Part shown: positions 11,269 to 22,463 of the stretch, piece by piece
How the letters are laid out: the number at the start of each line of letters is the position of its first letter
Position numbering within the stretch: position 1 is the first letter of the stretch
DNA from: Chiloscyllium plagiosum
Lineage: Eukaryota
Assembly (NCBI RefSeq): GCF_004010195.1
Contig: NC_057750.1
Span: 19,953,215 to 19,985,446 of the forward strand
DNA length: 32,232 nucleotides
Direction: 5' to 3'
Translations under genes and position numbers: made by a program
The notes under the pieces: generated by a model
What the model was told of the DNA's origin: nothing
The model's input: the letters and a program-made list of their open reading frames with translations, nothing else
Database searches by the model: none

Positions 11269-12149
11269 GTGAGTGTCACAGAGCAAAATGAGATGTTGTA
11301 GTCAGGTATTAAAACTATCCTGGGATTGTTTGATTAGGGTAGTGTATAGGGAGCTTTCCTCTGTATCTAACCCCGTGCTGTCCCTGTCCTGGGAGTGTTT
11401 GATGGGAGACAGTGTCGAGTAGACTTTACTCAGTGTCAGATCCCATGATGTATAATAGACCTAAGTTCAGGAAACCAAATGGAGAAACAATTTGGGTTTA
11501 GAGTCAGCCTGGGAATCATAAAAAAATTAACAAGGGAAATTCTCTGTTCATGAAAGCAAAGCTAGCTGAAGGGAGTTGACAGATTAGGTTGTAGGATCGG
11601 TCAACACAGATGCAGGAGCAGGCATTTCAGGAGATATTTCAGAATATACACAATAGAGATATTCTGATGAGTAAGAAAAGATCCAAAGGAGAAGCGCACT
11701 ATTCATGGTTAACCAGTAAGGGTAAAGGTAGTAACAAATGGAAAGGAAAAGCATGTAACATTGCAAAGACAGGCAGCAGCTCAGAAGAAGGGGAGTCAAT
11801 GGTTAGGGGGAAAATGCAGGGAGGTGGTGTGAGGATTGTCAGACCAGCCAAGATTAAACGATGGTGCAGACTCAAGGGGTCAAATAGCCTACTCCTAGAT
11901 TGAGCTAGATTAATATTGGTAGAGTTACCGTCAGTAACACATCACACTGGGGGTGGGGGAGAGAGGTTACTGAGTGACAGTGTGAGGGAGCTGGATTAAC
12001 ATCAGGAGAGGTACAGTCAATGACTGATGATGGTGAAGAGTGGTTATTGAGTGCGTGTGTGAGAGGACTATTTGAGTGAATGCATATAGCACTGTTTTTG
12101 CAATTTGCATTAATCTAACTGAAAAGATTTCTTTCTTTCCCATTTACAG

Positions 12150-12275
12150 AGTTATCAACAGGCTCATCTTACTTGCAACTGCTTCTGGTTATACCTTTAC
12201 TAGTTATCACACTGTGCTTGGTATGTTTTTTGATGAAACGAGCTGCGTTGAGGAAAACATGTCTGTGTTGTGAAG
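12150..12275 (+). CDS. SLAM/CD2-family receptor exon 4: transmembrane and juxtamembrane segment
   Basis: Acceptor TTTCTTTCTTTCCCATTTACAG|. Encodes ELSTGSSYLQLLLVIPLLVITLCLVCFLMKRAALRKTCLCCE. Ends at a non-canonical donor AAG|GCAAGT, phase 1. Confidence 0.85.
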
Positions 12276-12900
12276 GCAAGTGGTTGAAACTAAGTTTCCA
12301 TGGCCAAGGGGCTTCTGACCTTGGGTTGAGGGGGAATACAGCATTGTCCCTTGTGGGAAAGCAGGAATGAGGGGAAGGGGCTCATTGAGGTTCGAGCAGG
12401 ATTTATCGCAATTTGAGGAAAGGGCCCACTCTGCAGTGGAACTGAGACCTATAGACAGGCACACACAGACAGACAGGCCCAGAAATACCCCAGGTTCCAG
12501 TGGTCTCTGTCCCTCCCACCAGGGTTAGCGTTGAAATAGGAACAATACCAGCCAGGGCCCACAGGACCCTCCCGTAGATTAGTCAGGCAGTCGGTGGAGG
12601 TGAATTCTCATCACTCTCCTGGTGAATCAACTTGGGCACTGAATAGAGAGGTGAGGAAGTGAAGACACAAGGAGTGGAATAGCAAAGCTAGAAATGGCAG
12701 TGAGTAAATGGAGTTAGGACACCAATGGGTGTTGAATCAGAGCAGACTGATTCTGAACTGGGAATGAGTGCAGGTGGAGGGTTGGTTGGGGGATGAGGAG
12801 TGGCTGGGGGAGTGACAGGCTGTGAGCAAGGCCCCGAATGATGGGGTTCCGTCAGTAAATACACAGGTCACTCACTTTTGTTTATCCTTCCATTTCAAAG

Positions 12901-13016
12901 CTTCAAAAAAGCAGCAAGAGATGCAGGATATGGACAACACATTCACTGTTTACTCACAAGTGCAACCAATAACTAGACAGGAACGAAATCACCTTCCTCC
13001 TGAAGGAAATGAAACG
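12901..13016 (+). CDS. SLAM/CD2-family receptor exon 5: cytoplasmic segment with ITSM TVYSQV
   Basis: Acceptor TTTATCCTTCCATTTCAAAG|, in frame with exon 4. Encodes ASKKQQEMQDMDNTFTVYSQVQPITRQERNHLPPEGNET. Donor ACG|GTAATG, phase 0. Confidence 0.85.
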
Positions 13017-14089
13017 GTAATGGGAAACCGGGACTGTGGGAGGACATATTTCACCCCCAGAGGCTGAACATTCGCTGGTTCACTGAACCCCTCCCCCTTC
13101 TTAATACGTTCTGTCCATCTGTGTCTCACCATGGTTCTTCTGAGCCCTAGAATTACACACATAGCAAGATGATGGAAAAAGTGAGGACTGCAGATGCTGG
13201 AGATCAGAGCTGAAAATGTGTTGCTGGAAAAGCGCAGCAGGTCAGGCAGCATCNNNNNNNNNNNNNNNNNNNNNNNNNNNNNNNNNNNNNNNNNNNNNNN
13301 NNNNNNNNNNNNNNNNNNNNNNNNNNNNNNNNNNNNNNNNNNNNNNNNNNNNNNNNNNNNNNNNNNNNNNNNNNNNNNNNNNNNNNNNNNNNNNNNNNNN
13401 NNNNNNNNNNNNNNNNNNNNNNNNNNNNNNNNNNNNNNNNNNNNNNNNNNNNNNNNNNNNNNNNNNNNNNNNNNNNNNNNNNNNNNNNNNNNNNNNNNNN
13501 NNNNNNNNNNNNNNNNNNNNNNNNNNNNNNNNNNNNNNNNNNNNNNNNNNNNNNNNNNNNNNNNNNNNNNNNNNNNNNNNNNNNNNNNNNNNNNNNNNNN
13601 NNNNNNNNNNNNNNNNNNNNNNNNNNNNNNNNNNNNNNNNNNNNNNNNNNNNNNNNNNNNNNNNNNNNNNNNNNNNNNNNNNNNNNNNNNNNNNNNNNNN
13701 NNNNNNNNNNNNNNNNNNNNNNNNNNNNNNNNNNNNNNNNNNNNNNNNNNNNNNNNNNNNNNNNNNNNNNNNNNNNNNNNNNNNNNNNNNNNNNNNNNNN
13801 NNNNNNNNNNNNNNNNNNNTGTCACTGTCTTTCATCTGATCAGACTCCCAATATCAACTGAAGGATGTTCAACATCATTTCCATTACAAAATCCTCCTGT
13901 ATTTTGATGACCCAGTATAGAGTGAGGGATTAGATTCACGATCACATACTCATGTACACAATGGTATGACACCACCCCCCCACCACCCCAGATTTCACTG
14001 GGACATACACCCAAACACACTAACCTTCACTGTCCCTAATCCACTCTGAAGGGCTTTCAATGGTATTCCCAAATGAATCCCCAGTATCC

Positions 14090-14771
14090 ACATTCTAGGG
14101 GCATGATTGACCAGAAACTGAACTGGTCTAGCCATATAAACCCATGCCAAACACAAAAAATATACGGTGGCTGCAACAGCAGGTCAGAGCTTGGGATACT
14201 ACAGCAAGTAACTGACCTGCAGACTTCCCAAAAGCCTGTCCCACCATCTACTAGGCACAGGTCAGGAGGGTGAGGAAATACTCCCCACTTGCCCTGGATG
14301 GGGACAGCTCCAACAACACTCATGAAGCTCGACTCCATCCAGACAAAGCAGCCCCCGCTTGATTGGCCCCACACTCACAAACATCCCCTCCCTCCCTCCT
14401 TCCACCGACACTCAGTAGCAGTGATGTGTACCATCTACAAGGTGCACTGCAGAAATTCACCAAAGATCCTCAACACAACCTTCCAAATCCACGACCACTT
14501 CCATCTAGAAGGACAAGGGCAGCAGATACGCCCCTTACAATTCCCCATCAAAGCTCCTCACCATCCTGACTCGGAAATATATCACCGTTCCCTTCAGTGT
14601 GGCTGGGTCAGAATCCTGGAATTCCCTCCCTCAGGGGCATTCTGGGTCTACCCACAGCACACAGACTGCAGCGGGTGAAGTGGGCAACTTACCACCACCT
14701 TCTCAAGGGGGGCAACTAGGGACGGGCAATAAATCCTGACCCAGTCAGCCATGCCCCACAAATGAATGAAA
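14090..14771 (+). mobile_element. Degenerate LINE 3' fragment (L2/CR1 group) in intron 5
   Basis: RT C-terminal-like remnant ending in AATGAATGAA. A reverse-strand homologous piece lies at ~9990-10200. Clade uncertain. Confidence 0.55.
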
Positions 14772-14817
14772 AGAATGTTTGTACTTTCTTCACAAACCAG
14801 ACTTTCTTTTTCTGTAG

Positions 14818-14910
14818 AACGTGATGCGCCATGAGACCGATGAGCTACCAATGACAGTGCATGTTACCGTCAAGCCACATGGAAACCAAGGCCTTACAAA
14901 GAAAATGTGA
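14818..14910 (+). CDS. Probable terminal coding exon 6 of the SLAM-family receptor (NVMRHETDELPMTVHVTVKPHGNQGLTKKM*)
   Basis: Strong acceptor CTTTCTTTTTCTGTAG|, open in phase 0, ITSM-shaped TVHVTV, TGA at 14908-14910. The six exons sum to 1029 nt (342 aa plus stop). An extra exon hidden in gap 13254-13819 cannot be excluded. Confidence 0.65.
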   Translation, partial: NVMRHETDELPMTVHVTVKPHGNQGLTKKM

Positions 14911-15081
14911 GGGAATTCTCATCCAGTTCAATCCAGGATAAGCTCAGATCCCTGCTTGCTCTCTACTTTGTGAGCTCAACCCAGCCTGGGTCAACAAGAA
15001 GGGAGGATGGGATTTAGTCCTGAGCCATAGATCAAAGAAAATTCCACTCTTCCCACCTCACCCGTTCTAGATTTTATAAAT

Positions 15082-15548
15082 TTAAAAATCACACAACACC
15101 AGGTTATAGTCTAACAGGTTTATTTGGAAGTATTAGCTTTCAAAGTGCTGCTTGATTAGATTCCCTACAGTGTGGAAACAGGCCCCTTGGCCCAACAAGT
15201 CCACACTGACCCTCCGAAGAGTAACCCACCCAGACCCATTTCCCTCTGACTAATGCACCTACACTACAGGCAGTTTAGCATGGCCAATTCCCCTGGCCTG
15301 AACAAGGGAACTGCAGCACCCAGAGGAAACCAACGCAGTTACGGGGAGAATGTGCAAACTCCACACAGACAGTTGCCCTGAGGCTGGAATCGAACCTGGG
15401 TCCCTGGTGCTGTGAGGCAGCCGTGCTAACCACTGAGCCACCGTGCCGCCGCATGCTAGTGCTTCCAAATAAACCTATTGGACTATAACCTGGTGTTGTG
15501 TGATTTTTAACTTTGTCCACCCCAATCCAACACCACCTCCTCCAAATC
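15082..15548. mobile_element. Palindromic Penelope-type terminal element (~56 bp inverted repeats) interrupted by a SINE
   Basis: TTAAAAATCACACAACACCAGGTTATAGTCTAACAGGTTTATTTGGAAGTATTAGC (from 15082) is the near-perfect reverse complement of ~15455-15510. Related sequence at 18851-18935. Confidence 0.7.
15153..15450 (-). mobile_element. HE1-type tRNA-derived SINE, near full length
   Basis: Minus strand head GGCGGCACGGTGGCTCAGTGGTTAGC with Pol III A box (TGGCTCAGTGG) and B box (GGTTCGATTCC). Tail ends ...AGGGAATCTAATCA. Confidence 0.9.
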
Positions 15549-15949
15549 AAATGTTATTAGGTATCTTTGCTGACTGTTTTGAGTTTCGTTTTGACATCCT
15601 TTCCATTGTTGCCTAGAACTCTGTTTAGAAAGTCAAATGAATCTGAAAATGCAGCCATTCGACGTGTGCTTAAGACAGACAGAAAGACAAGTGTATACTG
15701 CTTTTGTTCTATATTTACATTTTTTTTAAAAACTGCAAACAACATAAGGAATTGATGCAGGAGCAGGTTATTCAGTTCCTCATGTCTGCACTGTAATTGA
15801 TAAGGATCAAGGCTGTTTGTTAACTTGTGTACTGTTCTCTCAGCCACCTTTTAGAAACTATAAAATTGCTCTTAGATTCTGCCCCAGTGTTTTGAGCAGC
15901 TGGAATGAAAAGAATATGACAGTGACCTTGAGCAATGCCCCGTGAGACC

Positions 15950-16745
15950 TGTAACACATTGAAAAGGGTAAAGCACCTTTTCCTCTCTGACCCCCAACAT
16001 CACACTAACCAGGAGCAATGTCACCGTNNNNNNNNNNNNNNNNNNNNNNNNNNNNNNNNNNNNNNNNNNNNNNNNNNNNNNNNNNNNNNNNNNNNNNNNN
16101 NNNNNNNNNNNNNNNNNNNNNNNNNNNNNNNNNNNNNNNNNNNNNNNNNNNNNNNNNNNNNNNNNNNNNNNNNNNNNNNNNNNNNNNNNNNNNNNNNNNN
16201 NNNNNNNNNNNNNNNNNNNNNNNNNNNNNNNNNNNNNNNNNNNNNNNNNNNNNNNNNNNNNNNNNNNNNNNNNNNNNNNNNNNNNNNNNNNNNNNNNNNN
16301 NNNNNNNNNNNNNNNNNNNNNNNNNNNNNNNNNNNNNNNNNNNNNNNNNNNNNNNNNNNNNNNNNNNNNNNNNNNNNNNNNNNNNNNNNNNNNNNNNNNN
16401 NNNNNNNNNNNNNNNNNNNNNNNNNNNNNNNNNNNNNNNNNNNNNNNNNNNNNNNNNNNNNNNNNNNNNNNNNNNNNNNNNNNNNNNNNNNNNNNNNNNN
16501 NNNNNNNNNNNNNNNNNNNNNNNNNNNACATAAAACAGTAGCAATGCCACATGGGAGCTGTCAGTGATATCTATAACATATAGTGTTGTATAAAGCTCCT
16601 TCTCCCATTTACCCTCACCATCACTCAAACCAGGAGCTATGCCACATGAGAGCTGTCAGTGATATCTATAACATATAGCGCTGTATAAACCCTCACCGTC
16701 ACTCAAACCAGGAGCTATGCCACATGAGAGCTGTCAGTGATATTG
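15950..16745 (+). repeat. Diverged copies of the 92 bp repeat family (spanning gap 16028-16527)
   Basis: AAACCAGGAGC(T/A)ATGCCACATGAGAGCTGTCAGTGATAT motifs match the unit at 17461. Confidence 0.8.
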
Positions 16746-17364
16746 TTGATGTCTGCCTTGTTCCACGAATCCGGACAGGACAAATTTCTGTACAATAGCA
16801 GTAGCTTTTATTTTCAGACAGCAGGCATGAGATTTCAAAATGTCTCCAAAGTAGCCGAGTGCCTACTTGTGGCAACACTTCTTCTGGAATCTCTGCCTTA
16901 CATCCAGAGACAGTATATTTTATAGGAATTAAACAAAGACTTATCAGTCACATGAATGATTGTCATCACATAATTTAAAGTAGGAAATTATGAATTTACA
17001 AAACCCGATGACTGTCAATGTCCTGTAATAATGTGTGAATGGATTACAGAGACTGATTATCGTATCTTCCATGATTATGTGTTGATGGAAAGAGATTAAG
17101 GCAGAAAGGTTTTGCCCGCTACAAATGGGGAACTCACATCCCTATGCTAATATGGAGGGGAAGTAAGACCATGGTAAAGGGAGGCATTTAACAGGGTGGG
17201 GGCCTGGGCTATTAGTCCTGTCTGGAAAGGACAAAGGTCTTGTCTAAGGGATCTTTAACCCTTAAGTCCCTAATGTGCCCTAAAAGAGAAGCAAAGCATG
17301 GAACTGACCCCTTTGTGACATTTTAACTTCCTCAATGTATATAAAACACATTGCACTTATCTAA

Positions 17365-17965
17365 AGCTCCTTCTCCCATTGATCCTCCTCATTACACAAA
17401 CCAGGAGCAATGCCACATGACAGCTGTCAGTGATGTCTATAAGACATCACGCTGTATAATGCACCTTCTCCCATTGACCCTCATCACACAAACCAGGAGC
17501 AATGCCACATGACAGCTGTCAGTGATGTCTATAAGACATCACGCTGTATAATGCACCTTCTCCCATTGACCCTCATCACACAAACCAGGAGCAAAGCCAC
17601 ATGACAGCTGTCAGTGATATCTATAAGACATCACGCTGTATAATGCACCTTCTCCCATTGACCCTCATCACACAAACCAGGAGTAATGCCACATGACAGC
17701 TGTCAGTGATGTCTATAAGACATCACGCTGTATAATGCACCTTCTCCCATTGACCCTCATCACACAAACCAGGAGCAATGCCACATGACAGCTGTCAGTG
17801 ATGTCTATAAGACATCACGCTGTATAATGCACCTTCTCCCATTGACCATCATCACACAAACCAGGAGCAATGCCACATGACAGCTGTCAGTGATGTCTAT
17901 AAGACATCACGCTGTATAATGCACCTTCTCGCATTGACCATCATAACACAAACCAGGAGCAATGC
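17365..17965 (+). repeat. Homogeneous 92 bp tandem array (~6.5 copies), with diverged copies trailing to ~18330
   Basis: Unit starts GCACCTTCTCCCATTGACC at 17461, 17553, 17645, 17737 and 17829, with a variant at 17921. Each full unit holds a TGACAGCTGTCA palindrome and a GTGATGTCT-ATA-AGACATCAC hairpin. Confidence 0.95.
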
Positions 17966-18369
17966 ACAGTGTAAAGCTCCTACTCCCATTGATCCTCATC
18001 ATCATACTAAGCATGAGCAAGGCCACGAGATCTGTCAGTGTTAACTATAACACAAAGCACAGGGTAAAGCAACTTCTCCTGTCTCACACTCATCATCACA
18101 GGAGCCATCAACAATACCATGGGAGGTCTTTAAGTAATGCTAAGAACATACTGTGCTCTGTAAGGTTCCTAATTTTATTTAACACTCAGTATCACAGTTA
18201 ACAGGAGTGATACAATAGCTTATCTCTCAGTAACATTTATGTTCCTTAAGGCTCCTGTTTGTTTCCGACACTCACTGTCACACTGATGAGGAACAATGCC
18301 AGTGGAGATCTGTCAGTAATACTGAACATACATTGCACATTGCTATGATCCCATTTAAAGGGATGCAGA

Positions 18370-18545
18370 GCCATAGAGAGGTACATCATAGAAACAGACC
18401 CCTTAGTCCAACTCGTCCATGTCAAAGAGATAGCCCAAATTAATCCAGCATTTGGCCCATGTCCCTTAAACCCTTCCTATTCATATACCCATCCAGATAC
18501 CTTTTAAATGTGAAGCTATACCAGCATCCACCACTTTGTCTGGAA
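18370..18545 (-). mobile_element. Short diverged CR1 3' end
   Basis: Homologous by eye to 8110-8275 and 25010-25190. Confidence 0.7.
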
Positions 18546-18674
18546 GTCAAATGTGGCGGAAGTGGGTACTAAGGGCTTTTGCCTGAAATGTCGACTTTCC
18601 TGCCCCTTGGATGCTGCCTGACCTGCTGTGCTTTTCCGGCACCACTCTGACCTTGATTCTGGAAGTCAAATGTG

Positions 18675-18830
18675 TATCATCCACAACCACAGGGAGCATC
18701 AGACTTTCAAAACCATGATTACAGCATATATCCAAATATCCACAGAATTGGATTTCTTATTATTTGCTACCAGAGATTCAAACAAATCTCCTGGATTTAG
18801 TCCATTTGAATTGATTATGATCGAATGATT
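18675..18830 (+). mobile_element. Ty3/Gypsy LTR-retrotransposon integrase relic
   Basis: YHPQPQG, then after a frame change HQTFKTMITAY...FLLFATRDSNKSPGFSPFELI. This resembles the Gypsy integrase core end (YHPQ..G..ERFH.TLK...LLFA.R......GFSPFEL). Confidence 0.7.
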
Positions 18831-18984
18831 TGAGGTCCATTACTGCTTCATCTGACGAAGAGGCAGAACTCAGAAAGCTTGTTATTTCAAACAAACCTGT
18901 TGGACTATGACCTGATGTCATATGACTTCTGACCAAGGGAAGGTGAGGTTTTGGTCAAAAATAAGAAGAACGCACTGTATATGT

Positions 18985-20876
18985 CAGATATAGACAGCAG
19001 AGATTGAGTGCATCTCCAGAACACTACACTTAAGGGGGAAATCAGAAGAGCAAAAAGGGTACATGAGATAGCTTTGGCAAGTCGGGTTAAGGAGAATCCA
19101 AAAGGATTCTACAAATACATTAAGGACAAAAGAGTAACTAGGGAGAGAATAGGTCCCCATAAAGATCAGCAAGGCAGCCTATGTGTGGAACTGCAAGAGA
19201 TGGGAGAGGTACTAAACGAGTACTTCGCATCAGGGTTTACTGTGAAGAAGGATTTTGAAAATAGTGAACGTGGGGAAATAAATATCTTGAAGAATGTCCA
19301 TATTAACAAAGGTGAATAAATTCCAGAACCTGATCAAGTGTACCCGATACTCTGTGGGAAGCTAGGGAAGCTAGGGATTGCTGGGCCCCTTGCTGAGATA
19401 TTTGGATCATCGATAGCTACAGGTGAGGTGCCACAAGACTGGAGATTGGCTAACATGGTGTCACTGTGTAAGAAAGGTGGCAAGGAAAAGCTAGGCAACT
19501 ATAGACCAGTGAGCAATCTATTGACATATAGGCATCAGTGGTGGGCAAGTTGTTGGATGGAATCCTGAGGGACAGGATTTACATTTATTTTGAAAGGCAA
19601 GGAGCGATTATGAATAGTCAACATGGCTTTGTACTTGGGAAAACATGCCTCGCGAACTTGATTGGGTTTTTTGAAGAAGTAAAAAAGAGGATTGATGAGG
19701 GCAGGGTGGTGGACATGATCTATCTTGATTTCAGTTAGGTGTTTGACAAGATTCCTAATGGTAGACTGGTTAACAAGGTTAGATCATATGGAATACAGGC
19801 AGAATTAGACATTTGACTAAAGAACTGGCTCAAAGGTAAAAGACAGAGGGTGACGGTGGATGGTTGCTTTTTAGACTGGAGGCCTGTGACCAGTGGTGTG
19901 CCACAAGGATCGACGCTGGGTCCACTGCTTTTCATCATTTATATAAATGATTTGGATGCGAGCATAAGAGGTACAGTTAGTAAGTTTGCAGATGACACCA
20001 AAATTGGTGGTGTCGTGGACAGCAAAGAAGGTTACCTCAGATTACAATGAGACCTTCATTAGATGGGCCAACAAACTGAGGAGTGGCAGCTGGTGTTTAA
20101 TTTAGATAAATGTGAGGTGCTGCATTTTTGTAAGGCAAATCAGGGCAGGACTTATACACTTCATGGGAAAGTACCGGGGAATGTTGCTGAACAAAGAGAC
20201 CTTGAAGTGCAGGTTCATAGTTTCTTGAAAGTAGAGTCACAGGGAGACAGGATAGTGAAGGAGGCATTTGGTATGCTTGCCTCTATGGTCAGTGCATTTG
20301 AGTATAGGAGTTAGGAGGTCATGTTGTGACTACTGGTTGGGCCACTTTTGGAATACTGTGTACAATTCTGGTCTCCCTGCTATAGGAAGGATGTTGTGAA
20401 ACTCAAAATGGTTCAGAAAAGATTTACAAGGATGTTGGAGTGTTTGAGCTATAGGGAGAGGCTGAATGGGCTGAGCTATTTTTCCTGGAGTGTCGGAGGC
20501 TGAGGGTTGACCTTACAGAGGTTTACAAAATCATGAGGGGCATGGATAGGGTGAATACACAAGGACTTTTCCCCAGGGTGAGGGAGTCCAAAACTAGAGG
20601 GGCATAGGTTTAGGGTGAGAGGGGAAAGGTATAAAAGAGACCTAAGGGGCAACGTTTTCACACAGAGGGTGGTGCGTGTGTGGAATGAGCTGCCAGAGGA
20701 AGTGGTGGAGGCTGGTACAATGACAACATAGGTATTTGAATAGGAAGGGTTGAGAGGGATATAGGCCAAATGCTGGCAGATGAGACTAGATTAAGTTAGG
20801 ATATCTGGTTGGCATGAACGAGTTGGACTGAAGGGTCTGTTATATGTGCTCTATATCTCCACGACTCTATGATTCT
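18985..20876 (+). mobile_element. 5'-truncated CR1 LINE, ORF2 broken by stops and frameshifts
   Basis: Consecutive ORF pieces ENPKGFYKYIK, DWRLANMV, QHGFV..K.CL.NL, SGVPQGSTLGPLLFIIYINDL, KFADDTK. 3' tail GACTCTATGATTCTA at ~20863-20877. Confidence 0.95.
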
Positions 20877-22170
20877 AATAATCACAAATCACGTGATTTC
20901 CAAGAAACCTTGAAAATAAATTCCAATATCTTTTAAACCCACCTTTAAGTAAAAAAACTAGTCGTCTGCACAATCCTTTGAACGCAAGTCCTCGAAGGTA
21001 TATCAAATATGAAGCACCTTCATTGCGATGTGAAGGACAGCCAGGTAAGAAGAAACAGAACAGCTGGAGTGGAGAGGCGATGATCAAGCTTTAATGAGAC
21101 ATCTTGATTCACAAACAGGGAATGCTCCTGTTGACGTGCTTGTTCTGCTTTGGAGCAATTGGACGTCTCGAATCACTCATGACATCCTAAGTCAAAGCAT
21201 TTGTGCTAGGTCCACACCACCGCAACAGTCAGAACTTTAACTCGATGGTTGCATGGGTGAAACCTTGTTTATACGGGAGCTGGTTCCTGCAGAGAATCTG
21301 CTCATTCCTTCAGGAAAAGGTGCTGGAATTTAGCCTGAGGAAGATCCAAGCTCAGCAGAACTGTATGGCTGAAGTTGGGATGTACAGGCATAGTGGTCTG
21401 CCCAGAAACTCTGACAGTAAAGGCTATCTTTGTTGTATTTGGTATTCTGTGTGCAATTTATTGTTTGTATAACTGTAATTTAACTAATTACAATTGATTT
21501 AGATTGATAATGAAAGATTCCGAACCTTACCAAAGGAAAGGTTCCTGTAGATGAAATCATCACTGGCAACCTCTTCATTAGGAGGGGAAGAGATCATTCA
21601 GGCAATGTGATTGTTTTAATTTAAAGGTCCCCAGTTCCTGTACGGTGTATCAAGTACTGTGAAGAAGAAATCATGACTTCATACTTCAACCACTTGAAAA
21701 CGTCAGAGCTCTTTCATCCACTTTCATTAACATGACCAGGTTCTCTAACTCTATACAAGACTTGGAGCGACAACTTACATAACCATCTAGCTAATATGCA
21801 CAAGGAGGTCATTCCACTCAATCATTTATTTACGTGGGAGCAATGACTGGGCAATACAAGATGCTTAAAATTCTTAGTGTCCAACAAGATCAACGCTGAG
21901 AGGCTGTTTCCCCTGATTGGAGAGTAGGGAGAGCCAGGGTCACAGACTAACGATATGAGATTGACTGTTTCAGACTGTGTTGAGCAGAAAGTTCTTCATT
22001 TACAAGGTCTAAATCTCTGCCCCAAACAGCTGAAGATTCTCAGTTGATAAGTGCATTCAAGATTGAGAGCAGTAGCATTTCTGGGCACAAGACTTGCTCG
22101 CAAGACAAAGCTTTCCAATGTGCCTCGGTACACGTGACAATAAATTCAGTTCAAATGGAATCAAGGGATA

Positions 22171-22463
22171 TGATTAGATTCCCTACAGTGTGGGAACAGG
22201 CCCTGCACCCAACAAGTCCACCCAACGAGTAACCCACCTAGACCCATTTCCCTCTGACTAATAAGCCTCATACTATGGGCAATCTAGCATGGCCAATTCA
22301 CCTGATCTGCACATCTTTGGACTGTGGGAGGAAACTGGAGCACCCAGACGGGACCCACGCAGACACAGGGAGAAATTCCACACAGACAGTCACCCGAGGC
22401 TGGAATCAAACCTAGGACCCTGGTGCTGTAAGGCAACAATGCTAACCACTGAGCCACCATGCC
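22171..22463 (-). mobile_element. HE1-type SINE nested in an old CR1-like 3' remnant (~21870-22545)
   Basis: Homologous along its length to 15153-15450. A box TGGCTCAGTGG intact, B box degenerate (GGTTTGATTCC). Confidence 0.88.

Noticed and set aside
15375..15450. tRNA gene
   Set aside because: A and B boxes are present, but they are the tRNA-derived head of a SINE continuous with its body and tail.
17365..17965. Palindrome-containing regular repeats suggestive of a CRISPR array
   Set aside because: Units are near-identical end to end with no unique spacers, there are no cas genes, and the context is vertebrate.
20880..21850. Search for C2, TM or cytoplasmic exons of the pseudogene in this unassigned stretch
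   Set aside because: No NPVS, ITSM or convincing TM-plus-splice pattern found by eye, and the short ORFs here look random.
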